Source: Ophelia neglecta
Taxonomy: Eukaryota
Reading direction: 5' to 3'
DNA: 64,000 nt
Assembly (NCBI GenBank): GCA_965285935.1
Contig: OZ260662.1
Location: 75,020,001 to 75,084,000 of the forward strand
Shown: piece after piece, positions 1 to 13,450 of the stretch
Layout: each line of letters begins with the position of its first letter
How positions within the stretch are numbered: position 1 is the stretch's first letter
Made by a program: the position numbers and the translations under genes
The notes under the pieces: model-generated
What the model saw: only the letters and a program-made list of their open reading frames with translations
What the model was told of the DNA's origin: nothing
The model's database searches: none

Positions 1-3000
1 CAGTCAAATAGTGAGTGCATGAAATCCATTTGTTCTGGTGCTTTAACATCTGTAGAAGTTGACAGACCAGATAAACGAGAATAAAAAGTACAGGTAAAAG
101 CAACGAACATCCGCTGTCCATTGGAAATACAAATACGGCAGCGTACAATCTGATGACTTGTTTGCCTTCAAGTTGCCTTGATAGTAAGGGAGAACGGCAA
201 GTGCCTGATTTGATCAATTAAGCATGAAGGCTCTTTATGTCTTGGACACATATTAAGGGAGATTCGCTGTGACGTGTAAGAGGATGCATACGGAATTTTC
301 ACGCATAGACACCCCTTATTGTGATAGGTTTACCATGAATTGTAACCAAATTCGACAACGCTGGTTGGTTATTTTCACTTATTTGCACTCAAATAAAGCG
401 TCTCTTATGTATATCCCTAAGTCAGGCATCCTGAAAATAAAAACAAATGTTAAGAAATGATCTATAAATTTTAACAAGTTTCGGATTTTCAAATATATCA
501 AGTCTGACAAGTAGATGTGAAATTCCTAATAAGAACTTTGTTTGCTTTGATCAGCATATAAAATATAATAATATTATTTTTCAACCCATTCAGTTCACTA
601 TTACTTTCAGTATAATATTCTAAAAAAATGTTTAATTGAATTTGCCATTGGACGATGCAGTCATTTTGTCCCTTACATGTTGTTGAATGCAAATATGAAT
701 TTCTAGGATTTGTTTTTGATTTTGATGGATAATTATGTGCGAAATCCAGTATAAACCTAGTAAAAGAGATTGAATTAATGCAACCCCCTCAACTCCGTCA
801 TAATCATCTTTCTGCTTAATAGCCACAGGCTAATTTCCATTTATAAGATTCATTAATATAATTAAATAGATTAATTTTGATTATATGTTCACATTAGTTT
901 GAATGCTTATTGTGCTCGAAAGTACGTGCAAGGAGTTTATTTTGGTAATGTTACTAGTTGGAAGGAATTCTGGGATAGCTATTACCAGTTTAAATCGGCA
1001 TTAATGATTATTCATGTTACGCAACCGGAAGTAGCGGCTGATACAAAGTATGATCATGGTGCTTTAATTGAGACCATTAATAATGTGTGTCCGCATTGCT
1101 ATAGTCAAGAGCTACCTACTAATGTACTAAACGCCTTGGTAACACAAACAACGGTAGAATAATCTCTGATTGGCGCATGTTGTTATAAAGCTATTTGCAC
1201 GTCTGTTTGATCAGTGTTTTAATGGAATCATTCCCTCGGAGATTCCGTTTTTCGCGTAGGAAAATTATCATATATAGAAGGATTAGATTTTTAAAGAAAG
1301 TTTGGTCACGGGAATGTTTTTATAGCACAAGTAGTATGGTTCCTGGGTGCTCCAAGACTTCATGCGGGCACCGTATCCTAATGGACACGTGTTTTGGTCT
1401 CGTAAAACATGTGTGCTGTCCAATTATGTGAAAAAAGCATATTGTGAATCATTCATGCAAAAAGGTGGATTTGATAAAAAGCTCCCCGTAAGATCCTTTA
1501 ACTGTGAGACACACATAAAAATGTATAATATAACTAGCCAAACTAAATTGTATAGTTCACAAAAAGCCTCATTATACTGATAACAGATGTTTACACATTT
1601 GACATACATTTATCAGGATGTGTGAAATCGTTAGACGTTCAATAGTCTGTCCATCGATAAGCTTCTTACTATAGACCCAACGTGGTCAATACAAAAACAA
1701 AGGTATCTTTCGGTCTCCTATACTAGTTTATTGAATATTGTATAAGCCTGGCCCGCATTTGAATACGATTCAACGCTAATTCCTTCGCCATATAGCGATA
1801 ACCATAGTCGGATATTATGTTATTCGAGTTGCTACCATTCTATAGCAAAAAACAAAACAAAAAACGGTGACTACAAGTCAATCCATTCAATATATTACAA
1901 ATATGCATGTAAAGCGAAATTCTTTAAGACATTCTAGGGGTCGCACATAAGCGCAAACCACAGATCATGAGGTTTTACCAATTTCTAAATTGCAATGTAT
2001 TTTTCTACCCTACCAGATTTGCTAAAATCTGTTCATACATTTTCTACCATATGAACAATATATCATGTTCACGCGAATCACCGTTAAATTTGTCTTCAGT
2101 TTGGCAACCATTCAGTGAAATGCAATGTTATGTGTCAACTTTCTCTTCAGAGTAGAAAGCCTCCTTGTACATTAACAAACGACTTTAAAAATCCATTGGC
2201 CCAAGTTCTCGAGGTTCTGTTCTTGGGCCAATTTTGTCTTCAATCTCTCATGTGCTAATTCATTCTCCTCTTAATGTCATCATTTGGCCTTTTTCCAGTA
2301 GAACACTGAAATAAAAACTGAATTAATTGTAAAGTTGTGTTACTCGTCTCAGATAGGGATCAAATTTATTGAGAATGTACTGATTTACCGTTATTGCCAA
2401 CAATGTAATTTAGTTCAAATTAATTCATAAAAAAATACAGGAAGTATCATTTTATCAAGCAAAAACGTTTATTATTTTAGCAAAAGGGACTTCCCCAGAT
2501 AATCAAAACAAGCATTCAATAACTATTTCCCCTAGCACTGACGCAACAGGCGCGTATACTAAATAATAATGACCTTTTTTAGGAACTAGAAAATGTGAAT
2601 AGTATTCAACTTTGACCCCTACTGATAAGTCCGAAATCTCCATAAAACGATCACGTAACTCTTGATTGGACAAAGGCGTCACTCCGAGCCCTATCTGTAA
2701 ATGTCGGCATTTATTTGTCTAGTAGAACTGTAGTTTATAATAATAAATAAAAGTCAGTGCACAAACTCTTATTCTACAAGATCCATCACGGGATAATCTA
2801 GATAGCTTATGTTATGGTATAACGAGAACCCCCGGGGTGCATGCAGGAGATGTTTAAGATAAAAGACATTGGACACATGGCAAACAAGCCAAAATCGATC
2901 AAGATTACCCTACTAAAACAGGCACCAGGAAGGCTATAGGTCCGACAAAACACAATGTGTTCATAGTCAGTCTGAGTGGCAACACGCTTTTCTAAACTAT

Positions 3001-3630
3001 CGTATATTTCGGCCCAATATTGCAAAAACATATTTTCTGAAACCCACTAGATGTACCTGCGCGAAATAATCATACTTAAATTCAACAATTTAATTTTTAT
3101 GTGCCTTACTTTTGACCCTGATGTCAGACTACTTACCAAATGTAAATGTCACTGCCGTATAGACTATTTATCGTGATACGGAGGCTATTTAACAACAGCA
3201 TATTTTCGTTCCCAGAATGTTGTGGACCTGCCAAAAGAAATTGATTAATAAATGTGATATGTAATATACCCATTGCAATTCAAAAGGTATTTTTTTTTGT
3301 AATTATTCATTTTTGTCATACTCTCAAACAGTATTCTGGTATTAGTCGAATTGGATACTATGTTATTTTGGGTTGCAGAATCTAAATAGCTATCTTATTT
3401 GGCATACCAACGAAGAGATGCTTAATACTAAAATCAATCCATGCTACTGACATATATTAACAATACTGTGGCTATCTAAAGATAATAGCTCATATGATGG
3501 TTTCAGAAGCACCATACTCGTTTCTACATCACTGTTACTGCTTTCATTTCACCCAGCAAGTCACTGCACATCCATTTTATTAAAGGTAATATATTGCCCG
3601 GCAGTATAAGCAACCATGTCATGCTAAAGA
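1..3630 (-). pseudogene. Decayed multi-exon gene (pseudogene or dead DNA-transposon gene), product unknown; runs off the window start
   Basis: Minus-strand AG/GT-bounded exon candidates join in compatible phases: 3630-3518 -> 3227-3137 -> 3056-2909 -> 2305 onward, and separately 756-677 -> 49-1. They give ...HDMVAYTAGQYITFNKMDVQ*LAG*NESSNSDVETSPQHSGNENMLLLNSLRITINSLYGSDIYIWYI*WVSENMFLQYW... and FILDFAHNYPSKSKTNPRNSYLHSTTYVKAPEQMDFMHSLFD. In-frame TAG/TGA stops interrupt several exons. Confidence 0.5.
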
Positions 3631-6600
3631 CTATAGGTTGAAAAAAAAATGCACAAGGTGGGTCGACTGATAAGGGAATGTTCGTCTGTTCTCTCCCCGA
3701 ACTGACACGAGATCCAGGCATGCATGCAGGCGATTTATCAGAACGCAGCACCCGAAAATATCAACGTGCCGTAAGCGATTCATCTATCATATTAAATATT
3801 AACCGAGAGGGAAAGTAAGCGTTGAACAGCTAGGACCAAACAGCTAGAAACAAAAGGAACACAATATTTGCTATGTACTAGGAATTGGTCAATTATATGC
3901 AAAGAGTATTTTATGATCACTGCAATGCGTTTAAAAGGAAAAAAACAATGCATACAAATAAGGACGTGATTGTTGAGTAACCTAAGACGCAAAGATGTTT
4001 CCACTTATTTCGTATACTAAAATGTAATGTTCCTAAACGTGGCGGTCAATTTTTTCCATTAGTCTTGGTTAAGCTGCCAGAAATGCACCCATACAACCAA
4101 GTATATTTCATTATTTCAACTATATGACACTAGGAGCTGTATAAGTGAATAACCCACTTTGACTATTTTTATTACCCTTTTTACATGTAAGATTGTTCAA
4201 ACAACTTTAAGAGTTCTGTGCCCTTAACCATATTACTATCTTGCTGACATTAATTAACATATGGCATTTGATAAGCTGTTTGGCTCTTCCTATTATTTTC
4301 GAATATCCAACAAATGCCTTTGAATATTTGAAACAGGTTTTGATTTCCCTGTTTAATTTATATCTGTATTTGTTCATAGTAGTTGGGTTTCGGCTGATTT
4401 CTGCACTACTTTGGCACCTAAGTCTGGCAATGCAGTAGTCATACATTGGCTGTATAGATATATTTACCATGCGTTTTTTAAGGGATACCCTGAGGCGACC
4501 AAGAAAGATGTTGACTCACATAACTACTTACTAGTAGTGTTGCTTTATTTTTATTTACAAGAGCAGCTTTTCTCGCCAGAATAATATTTAGTTTGACACA
4601 TGCTGCATAGTAATCAAATCGCCATTACCTATGTCTAAATTGGTCTTCTGTCTAAGAGACAAAACACTGAACTTTTATTACACAGCGATTTTGCAATTTA
4701 ATGTATCAATTATCACAAGTTATGGGTCAGACATGTTCTTTTCGGACCATGGTGTCACTTGTCCATCAGAAAGAACGACATATGTATGATAAGTGTTACA
4801 TAACAATGCATAGTAGTGCGCAGTAAACGTAGTTTACGTATAAATAAATACGTATAACTAAGTAGTGACTATATCGGGCATGCAATACCAGTAATGACTA
4901 CTCACTAGCCCGAACTATACTTAACATTATATAAATATAATGCACGTAATTTTATATGTATTTTTTTTCAATTTTTTCAATTGTGTTTTCAACGTCAATC
5001 AATTCACCAAACTAATCGACTTCAAAAATCACTATGTTTGTCAATTCAAATCCATTAACTCCCCCTCTGCATATTACAAGGTTTTACAGATTTGTGGTTA
5101 TAGTAAGATATTAAATATTGCCAACCGTGTTTCCAGTTGTATCCACGAGCCCCGATGTGAATTTTGGTTTGTATGGGCTCTAGTTGAAAACTGGAACGCG
5201 ATATAGTTCACCTTGGGAGACTCTCCATTATCACCTCGCATTTGTTTTACCGTATTTGCTGAAAATAGTTTGCAGCACTCTTGAATTTTCAATGTGCCTC
5301 GATGAGGAGTGTCTTGAGTTAATACAGCGGCTCCAGTGCTGAATAGGACAGTAGAACCTGCTTTTCAAGATTTCATTGTTTTTTGCGGTCTCTTCCCTAA
5401 AAGTGAATAATAGTCATTGGTGACACACCCAAGTCATAGTTGCAAAATACGCCCTATTCAGTTCACATGAAAATTAGAGGAAATACAGGGAGAAATATGT
5501 GCAAATATTAGCCGTTTGATATGTGAAATGGAATCAGTTAAAGTATTATTGTAAAAAATGACCAGTTTTCAAATTAAAAGCTTAGTATTGTTAAGGTAGG
5601 GACATTGAACAAGGAAAATCGGTACGGTTGGCAGAATCATTTCTTCTACATGTATATTGGAATTCAGGGTTCTTTCTGTCCAGAAGTTTCAAAACTTTGC
5701 CCGGTCTGCCTCAGATATATTTGGGGCCCTATGCACTTTACATTGAGGAGCTGCAGAGTCTGGTGTTATCGCTCACAATAATGCAGCCATGCGAATCCAG
5801 GCTTAAGTGAGCTATTTATCATCTTGCCACATTCCCCGAAATATATATGGTCTAAGTTCCTTTGTCACCGTGGCAAGGGTTATATGAACAATGAGTTTTG
5901 GAACTCATTGTCGTTTTTGCGTAATCTAAACGTTTAGCCATGCTCGAACTATAGTATGCCATATTTCGTAATGAAATTTTAGCTAGTCGTTAATTTGTAT
6001 AACTCGGGCTGTCCAGCGGTTCTAATTATGGTTCATCATATTAGTTTTCTCCCTGTTTTCTGGAAAGCGAGTACAGCAGTGGATCGACTAAAGTCTTCTC
6101 GGTAGTCCCGCCTCTAACACCATATTTAACTTTGCTTCACAGTTGATTGTGTTTGCTATCCCTCCATAGATTAACCTTTACCAAATCTACACCGGATGAT
6201 TGATATTATATGTGCTTGAATAGGCTGCATGATGCGGAGTTTGCCTCTATCATCTGACGATCAGCAATTATAGATAGAAGGCTATATCACTTGATGTCCT
6301 CCAGCGAAAACGCACTTTGAGTCTGCATGTGTAATTAGCAATTCATCTTCAGCACGGTTTATACTTGCATCTCGTGTCAGCTGTCAGCATCTCGAGTTAT
6401 GGCATTGGTGCCCCCTTCAAGTAGAGCACTTGAAAATATATCGATCTGGCAAGTGTGATCGTCAAAACACAAAAACCAGGAAATGTGTACCATAAATAAA
6501 ACCGATCAAGTAGTTTTTCATTTAATCGTTCCACAATTATTAGGCTCCGACAGCACTGGACTATGAAATTTAAATGTGCCTCAAACCACACGCCAAGGTT

Positions 6601-8599
6601 GAAGCGGCCACAGTAAGAAGATTATTGGTCAAAAAGCAGTCAGGGATGCTTTATGTTCTTCGACCATATCAAAAACAAAAACAGATTCGTCAGCATTTGT
6701 TACACTGCACTAATTGGCATATAAACGGGCGTAATATGGTGGTAAATAAGTGTGTATTTTTCGTTACAAACCGAACCAAAAATAGGTGCATGCTTACTTC
6801 AAAATACTCTTCCGTTCATGGTCACACAGGTTGGCATTCCTAGGCAATTGATTTTACATTATAATGATGCGACCTCTAGGTTATTTTGCACGGGACAAAA
6901 GTGAAGTACTTTGGTAAGTGAATTCTAATTATATAAACAGTTTAATGTTCATGTGACTCACACCATAGAAAGTTACGTATTGATATATCGTACAAAAGAT
7001 ACACATATAAGCTGATTTGCGTACTATATTTTAATGAACCTTTAGCTTCTTTTAAATTTTACAGTGATGTGGTTTGATAAAAGGTTCATTATATAAATCC
7101 AAATATAATCATAATAACCAATTGTAATTTCGACCATAATTAAACATTTAAAACCAAACTTTCGAGCCTTCAAACTCTCTAATGAATATATGCCAAACAC
7201 TGTCATTGGTACCTCTTGGCAGTCAGTACCACAGTTGAGTCTAATACTACACCATAAAAGAAATTTACTTTCTGAGGCCTGGGCAGCAATACTTTTGGTG
7301 TTCCTCAAAATACCGGCCCCCACTTAGCATATTATGCTGGTATCTTTGTGTTCAATAGTTGGCATTAAAACAGCAAAGTGAAAATAACATTTGTTAATAA
7401 TCTATAAATGGACTCACAATAACCGCATTTAAATCGTTTCTCATCTATTGTTATATTATTGGATTGGCAAATGAAAAAGCTTAAGTGCATAAAAACACCA
7501 ATATTTTCATCTTGGGGCACATATGTCATTTTCGGCATTTGCCCTCGGCCAAAAAGCGGGATTTTTCAGGATACTCTTGCATTCAAGCAGGTGTTTTTTT
7601 TTTCTTTTTGAGCATGGTGACATGTGTATTTTATTACTTTGTTACATAGTGTGTGCATCTATTTATCTAGTTTTAATGTTAAAGAGACTTGTAATGACTT
7701 TTGATCAATATTTTAGGCGAAAAATATTAAAAATTGTCCATTTTTAAGCGAGATGGCATTGAATACAATGGGGTTCTTATATTTGACGGGCACCACTTTC
7801 AATTTTTGATTTTGGAAAATCTAAGATGGTGAACTAGCAATTTCATGGTATGGTTTTGATCCTTAGATAATTACCTACAAAAATAGATATAATTGAATTT
7901 TCTGTAATGACTATTGTACAAAATATATAAACAAATTGTAGGAGTATACACAGATATTTATATATATATATATTTTTCTTAAAACAAATATCAGTAAAAA
8001 AAATTGGTGGACAGGGCTTCTCTCGCTGATACTATTAAACGTGTCATAGATAAAAGGTAAGGGACTCAAGCTAAGAAGTTTCAAATGCACGCATTAATAT
8101 TTCAATTGCTGATCGTGAATGGCGCCTCTTCATATCTTGCCAATAGACAGTAAGTGATGGAAAGATGATTGGCTAATAATAGCTTTTAAATTTTGCATAT
8201 GGAGTATGCCATCATAATACTGAAATATCACATATCAAATTAGAATTTCCAAGGTAAATAGCTAAATCAGCACAGGTACCAATCCTGTCCCATCCATTCT
8301 ATAGACCTGAATGGGTTAAGAAGAAATCCACTTCTATTTACTGTCATTTTCAAGCGTGGTTAGTTAACTGTCATCCGTAAAGGAGTATAATTGATACATA
8401 ATGGAAACGAGAAGTGAGAAGATTACTTATTTGCTGAGAAAAATTAGTAATGGGGCTGATTATCGTCCGGATACAGAGAAAAGTTAGCTTCGTGCTGTCA
8501 GAGAGTAACCCATGTTGCTATCATAGTGCGAGGGTGCACAGCAATGGTCCGAGCACTGCGCCTCCGTCACATTAACTTTACTCTCTGCCTCCAATGACT

Positions 8600-8832
8600 A
8601 TCCGTTGCAGACCAGGGTACCCAAGAGCATTGGAAAAAACTCAATGATTATGCTCCGTGGCGATCCACAGTGTGGAACGCAAGAGACAAATCCAATAGAT
8701 ATAACATTGGAGGTGCCACACCAAGGTTCAAGACTCAGCGTAGTATGCGGAGTGCAGTCTGCAATTTACCAGTTAATAAAGTGTTATATAGGCCAACTGA
8801 TACACCAACTGCATGTTGTTTTCAAATTTGAG
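8600..8832 (+). mobile_element. Possible highly degraded CR1/L2-group LINE ORF2 C-terminal fragment
   Basis: One frame reads ...RYNIGGATPRFKTQRSMRSAVCNLP..., loosely like the RxN...PxxxTxRxxxS end of CR1-group ORF2. Weak match. Confidence 0.25.
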
Positions 8833-11159
8833 TTCTTTATTGACATAGATAAATATAAGCTGTAGTAATAATTATACAATGGACGCCGAAAAGCTTACAG
8901 CTTATATGCGTCTCTAAGTAATACTTGGTGTTTGGCTGCAATTTTAACAAAGATAACAGATGATAACAGTAGGAGCAGATCTGTGCCAGCGGACACAGTA
9001 TTAACATATTAACATATAAAAAAGCACCATATTTAAACTACATGCCAGGTTTGAATCGGGACAGGGTGCCAATTATTGAAAAACACATTGTAAAAAATGC
9101 AGTTCAGTCTATGCTGGATTATTGCTGATGGATTATAACACAAATACACCCACCATTATGACAACATTGAATTTACATCTTCCACGCTGATAACATTCAC
9201 GTTACATCTTCAGTTAATGAGGCGCAACGCAAATGCATATGTGCATAATGCAAACCATCAACCAAAATCTTCACCTCAGCCTATTCAACCAAGGACAATT
9301 CTATGTAATGCGATAACAAAAGTAGGCAAATGGTTTCCGGACTTATCCGTTCAAGCTAATTGATAGGCATTAAGAACCTGCCTTTCGTTTGGGACAAATC
9401 TCCACTCGTCTCTTGGCGACTAGATGGCGGATTTTTTGAGACAGGCATCCCATTTGTTCATCCTTCAGCTCACAGTGACTGGTTGTGTGAAATACGTGTG
9501 CCTTGTTTCATCCAATTTACAATTTACCAAAATCAGCTGTCATTATGGAAATGCGGGTAAGCATGGGGACCCTTGCGGCAAAAACCATTCTTAAATTTAG
9601 GGCTCATTCAGTTATTTAGATTTTATGTAAACAAAGCAATTATATTATTTTGTAATATCTATACGCAATAAAGGATTCTTGAAGTATTTATTAAGTGGAA
9701 CAAAAGGCCCGATAGGCATAACAAAACTCCCGAGAGGGATGAGAGTACTGGGCAATTGCATAAAACATACAAAAGGGGAACAAATAAATATATGTATACC
9801 TTCTTAACTGTTGGGAGGTATATGTGGTTAATTTTTTGACTGTTGTCTTAAGCTTTGCAGATATATCAAAGGGCACGGTAGGTTAATTAGGTTAATTTCA
9901 AATGCTGGCTGACATGAACATACTAGGCTTTTGTTTTTAATCTTGAGATATTGCCAATCTTTGGATTGTACGTTCTTGTGTAACTATTTGTATGAATGCA
10001 TATCACCATGGGTTACTCCCCGGTTTGGTTGATCTAAATTATATGGTGCATGGTCATGCAGCAAAACAGGCAAGCAGTCCGCGTATATCTTTTCGGTTGA
10101 ACTAATTGTGTTTAAAGAATGTGATTTCAGGGAGTCTTATATTACAAATAATATATGACACTGTGCCAAAAGAAAACAAATCGTTCCCTTGCTTCTTTCA
10201 AATACAGCCGCAAAGCATGCAAGTTCTGTAAATTTTGGTGAACTTCCTCTTTTCTTTTGACTTACTAATTTCTTTTTAACAAATTGAAACAATCCATTGG
10301 TAGCGATGTGTCTTTACAATTGCTAACTTTATGTATTATGTTGTATCCGGATAATAAAAACCATTATCATTATTACATCCTTAACGTCTACTTATAAGAA
10401 TAATCCTATTAACAAAATTTATAGTGATTCACATTTTCAATAACTGTATAACTAATTGCCGAGAAAACTCTTAAAGTATTGGGCTCCCTTATCAACTATG
10501 CAGTCAGTTCATTTTTGTTATCTTTGACATCAATTATAACTAAATAGAGCTTCATTTTCTAAGTTTTAGTTTAATTGTGTTTTTTTCGAGTGATAATCTC
10601 TTGGGTGTCGGCAATGGTAGAGCGGAATAATTCTGGGAAGGGTCAAGATCCAATAGATCAATTTGATTGCTCTTTTTGAGACGTTTGCATGGCATAAGAC
10701 CTGCATCGGGATCAATTTGTGGTGCACGTTCTTCCATTATCTAGCACACGAAGCCATTTTGACTATTTGGATCTTTAATACTGGGCGATTGTGGCAAATT
10801 TGGTGGGAATGTAACTTGCAAGGAGTAATGTTTATCCTACATTCCGGTTGAACTGTATTAAAATAATTGGCCTAAATAGGTATGGAACTTACTTGATTGT
10901 TAGTCTTTAGGGGCCGAATAAATTCGATTGATTATGTGTCTCAAACCGGTCGACTGATGGTTTCCTGTAATACACTATAAATAGCTTAATCCTCAAGTAA
11001 GTGTTCATGCATTTTAGTTTGGAGGAAACAAATATTGAACTAACCGCGAAATAGTGGGTACGCCGTTCTTGTGGTTGTTCGAGTAGGTTTCGATAAAGAA
11101 ATCAGTCTGTTATTAAAGACGCTGTTCAGCCAGACAAATGAGGCATCAATGACAGTAAG

Positions 11160-13450
11160 AAACCAGTTAAGAAGACTGATACATTGGGTGTAGACACAGC
11201 ACAGCTCCACAATTTAATCTACATTTATACCCGGCCGTTCACCGTTATATCGAGTTTAGTTGATCAATTTCATAGCTTTCAGGAAAACATTAATAATAGT
11301 ATACCGAGTCAAGCAAAGAATTGCTGGCTCCTTTGTTAAGTGTTTGGGTAACAACCCTGGCATAACATTGATCACTTCAATGATCCAGACCACACAGTGT
11401 CAAATGCTCAAAAGATGGCATGCGCTGGTGCAGTATGCGACCCACGTAACACCACTTGCCCTAGCCGAATAGTTCAGGAAACTCATCTGCAGAATGTTGC
11501 ACACCGCTCTGTAGTAATGTAAATAGATTAACTGTGCATCTATTATCTCTGGACATCTGCATGCGCTGTTGCTGGCCAGCAGAACGGCCTGCGTTGGACG
11601 TCCTTCGTGCTCTGATGAATGGCAGTAAGGAGGCAGCAAGTTCGTGTGTTAGTAGACTAGTGGCTGTGGATCTCCGTCATATACTTTGATATACGCAATG
11701 GATCACGTACTTATGGACGTGTTTGATAGAAAAGTGTGCAACACCCTAATCAAGAAAGAAATTTCCTACAAATCCAGGTATCAGCTCAAGAATGGCCGTC
11801 TGCCAGAAATAGGAACTTAATAGCCTGGATTTATAAGCAGGGATGTCGTTAATTTCCCAGTTGGTTGGTTTGTTCTGTTCTAATAACACCATGCCAGTAT
11901 CGTGTTTTCTGGTCTCGTTATTGTTTACCATCGTAGTGACACAGAGCCTTCCCAAAGGCGGATTTTAGCATAATCCGGAGGGCAAAGCTAATGGCGCGTA
12001 GGCATGAAGCTTGAAAGAGATGCCCTGGAAATATGTCGTCCCATGAGTGTCCTGCGGGGAAACATTGACAATTTTGTCAGGTAAAAGGATTATTTCCCAC
12101 CAGTTCGGCCTCAAATGTATAAATATTCCCAGTTTGGGTCCCAACTGGGTTGTACCGGCCGGGTTTCCCACGTGCGCAAAGCAGCGATTTTTCTTAGTTC
12201 TGACACTAACCTAACCCTTTAACATTGCGTATGTGGTTAATCGGCGCCGATGAAAACCCGACATTGTATGCTCTTGTGGTTTTCTAGGACCTGCCTGCGA
12301 GCAACACGTGAAGTGCCTACGGTCCGCGCATTATTCTTGGTCATCGCTCTGAATTTGAGCATGGTGGCATATGTTCAGAAATCGGTTGCCTTTTCCACTA
12401 TTTGCACAGAAGTCAACCCTGTATGAATCATCAATCGATTATTGCTCAAGTGGTTTAAATAGTATATACGACAAAAGATAAATAATATGCAAACATGATT
12501 GATTGTGAATGAGACATTTGATATTGTATGAAAGTCTGCTAATCTCATGTGGAATGTCGATATTTGTTGGACTGGGAAATATACATACTGAAACGAATGG
12601 ATTACTGATTTCCCTGTTAAGTATCGAATCGTGTTCAGAATTGCGACACGTTGCTGCATGTTGTTTATGATTTATGCCGGTGCAGATTCACATGGCCCGA
12701 GGAGGGCTCCGTTGGGGCACCGCCTCGAGGGATGTTGCTCCCTACCCCAGGGACGGCCGAACATCAAGTGTAAGCTCGGCTAACAACAAGGAGAAACGTA
12801 TACCGTGTAAAGAGTGCGTAGCCTTGCTTGGGGAACGAGACACTAGGGAAAATGGATTGGAAACTGAATTCAATGGGAGTAAACTTCGGGAAATGCGTGA
12901 CTTCCGGCCACCGCCATTTTCTCGTGACCTCAGCCTTCGCCGAGCGGGATCTAGGGGAAGTCTCATTGACCGACGGAGCTCCCTTGGGGTCATTCCCGAG
13001 AGAAGGGGTTCAGCTCCTACTGCTAGGATTTCCTCATCTCCCGCCAGACGGAGCTCCCTTAGTGCCCGAGTGATGATTACGCCATCTAGGAGGATGCAAG
13101 CAGCTAGTCCAGAGCTGTGGGCGATGAACGGGTCGTTTGGACGGAGGCGATCCAGCATTTTCCAAGCATTGGTGAGTTCGATTATGGTACGATAACAAAT
13201 CAAACCGAACCAGTGATACATGCCTTGCATTGAAAGAAAAAGGTTAGGGGACACCCAGATTGGTTTATTATGCCTCTTGGTTATTAGTTCGAATGGGTCG
13301 CCACTTATTTGGCCCAGTTTGTTTCGAATTTATGTAGTACACGTGGCGATCTCGTTATGACATTCGACATATTTGCCGCCACACTTAGCCCTGTAATTTA
13401 ATATTGCATGCCATGGTACAATTTCCCCCAAATTAACCCACTTCGATTGG
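11160..13450 (+). repeat. Direct segmental duplication, copy 1 (~2.3 kb, contains a coding exon)
   Basis: Colinear with ~16940-19140. Shared blocks include GAATTGCTGGCTCCTTTGTTAAGTGTTTGGGTAACAACCCTGGC. Flanks are diverged with indels while the exon is nearly identical. Boundaries are approximate. Confidence 0.95.
12686..13171 (+). CDS. Coding exon (copy 1), Ser/Arg-rich disordered N-terminal segment with multiple PKA-type motifs; gene unidentified
   Basis: CAG acceptor at 12683-12685, in-frame ATGs at 12674 and 12692, and a strong TTG|GTGAGT donor at 13171/13172 (phase 0). 486 nt open with raised GC. Encodes RRSSL, RRGSA, RRSSL and RRRSSI. Conserved without indels in copy 2. Confidence 0.75.

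Noticed and set aside
899-1580. Adjacent plus-strand ORFs of 77-87 aa
   Set aside because: No recognisable motif or consistent splice structure; they cannot be distinguished from chance or unidentifiable decayed TE sequence.
2195-2232. 11-bp perfect inverted repeat ATTGGCCCAAG/CTTGGGCCAAT
   Set aside because: It is short, has no TSD, and is plausibly chance in 64 kb.
581-8319. AACCCATTCAG near 583 and CTGAATGGG|TTAA at 8307-8319 as piggyBac-like TIRs
   Set aside because: Only about 11 bp match, the left TTAA is imperfect, and the left site falls inside an intron of the apparent pseudogene. The right end alone may be a real element terminus.
12742-13254. 170-aa minus-strand ORF (and its twin at 18437-18925) and the 81-aa alternate-frame ORFs
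   Set aside because: These are shadows of the GC-rich plus-strand exon. The plus frame has conserved splice sites and fewer amino-acid changes between copies.
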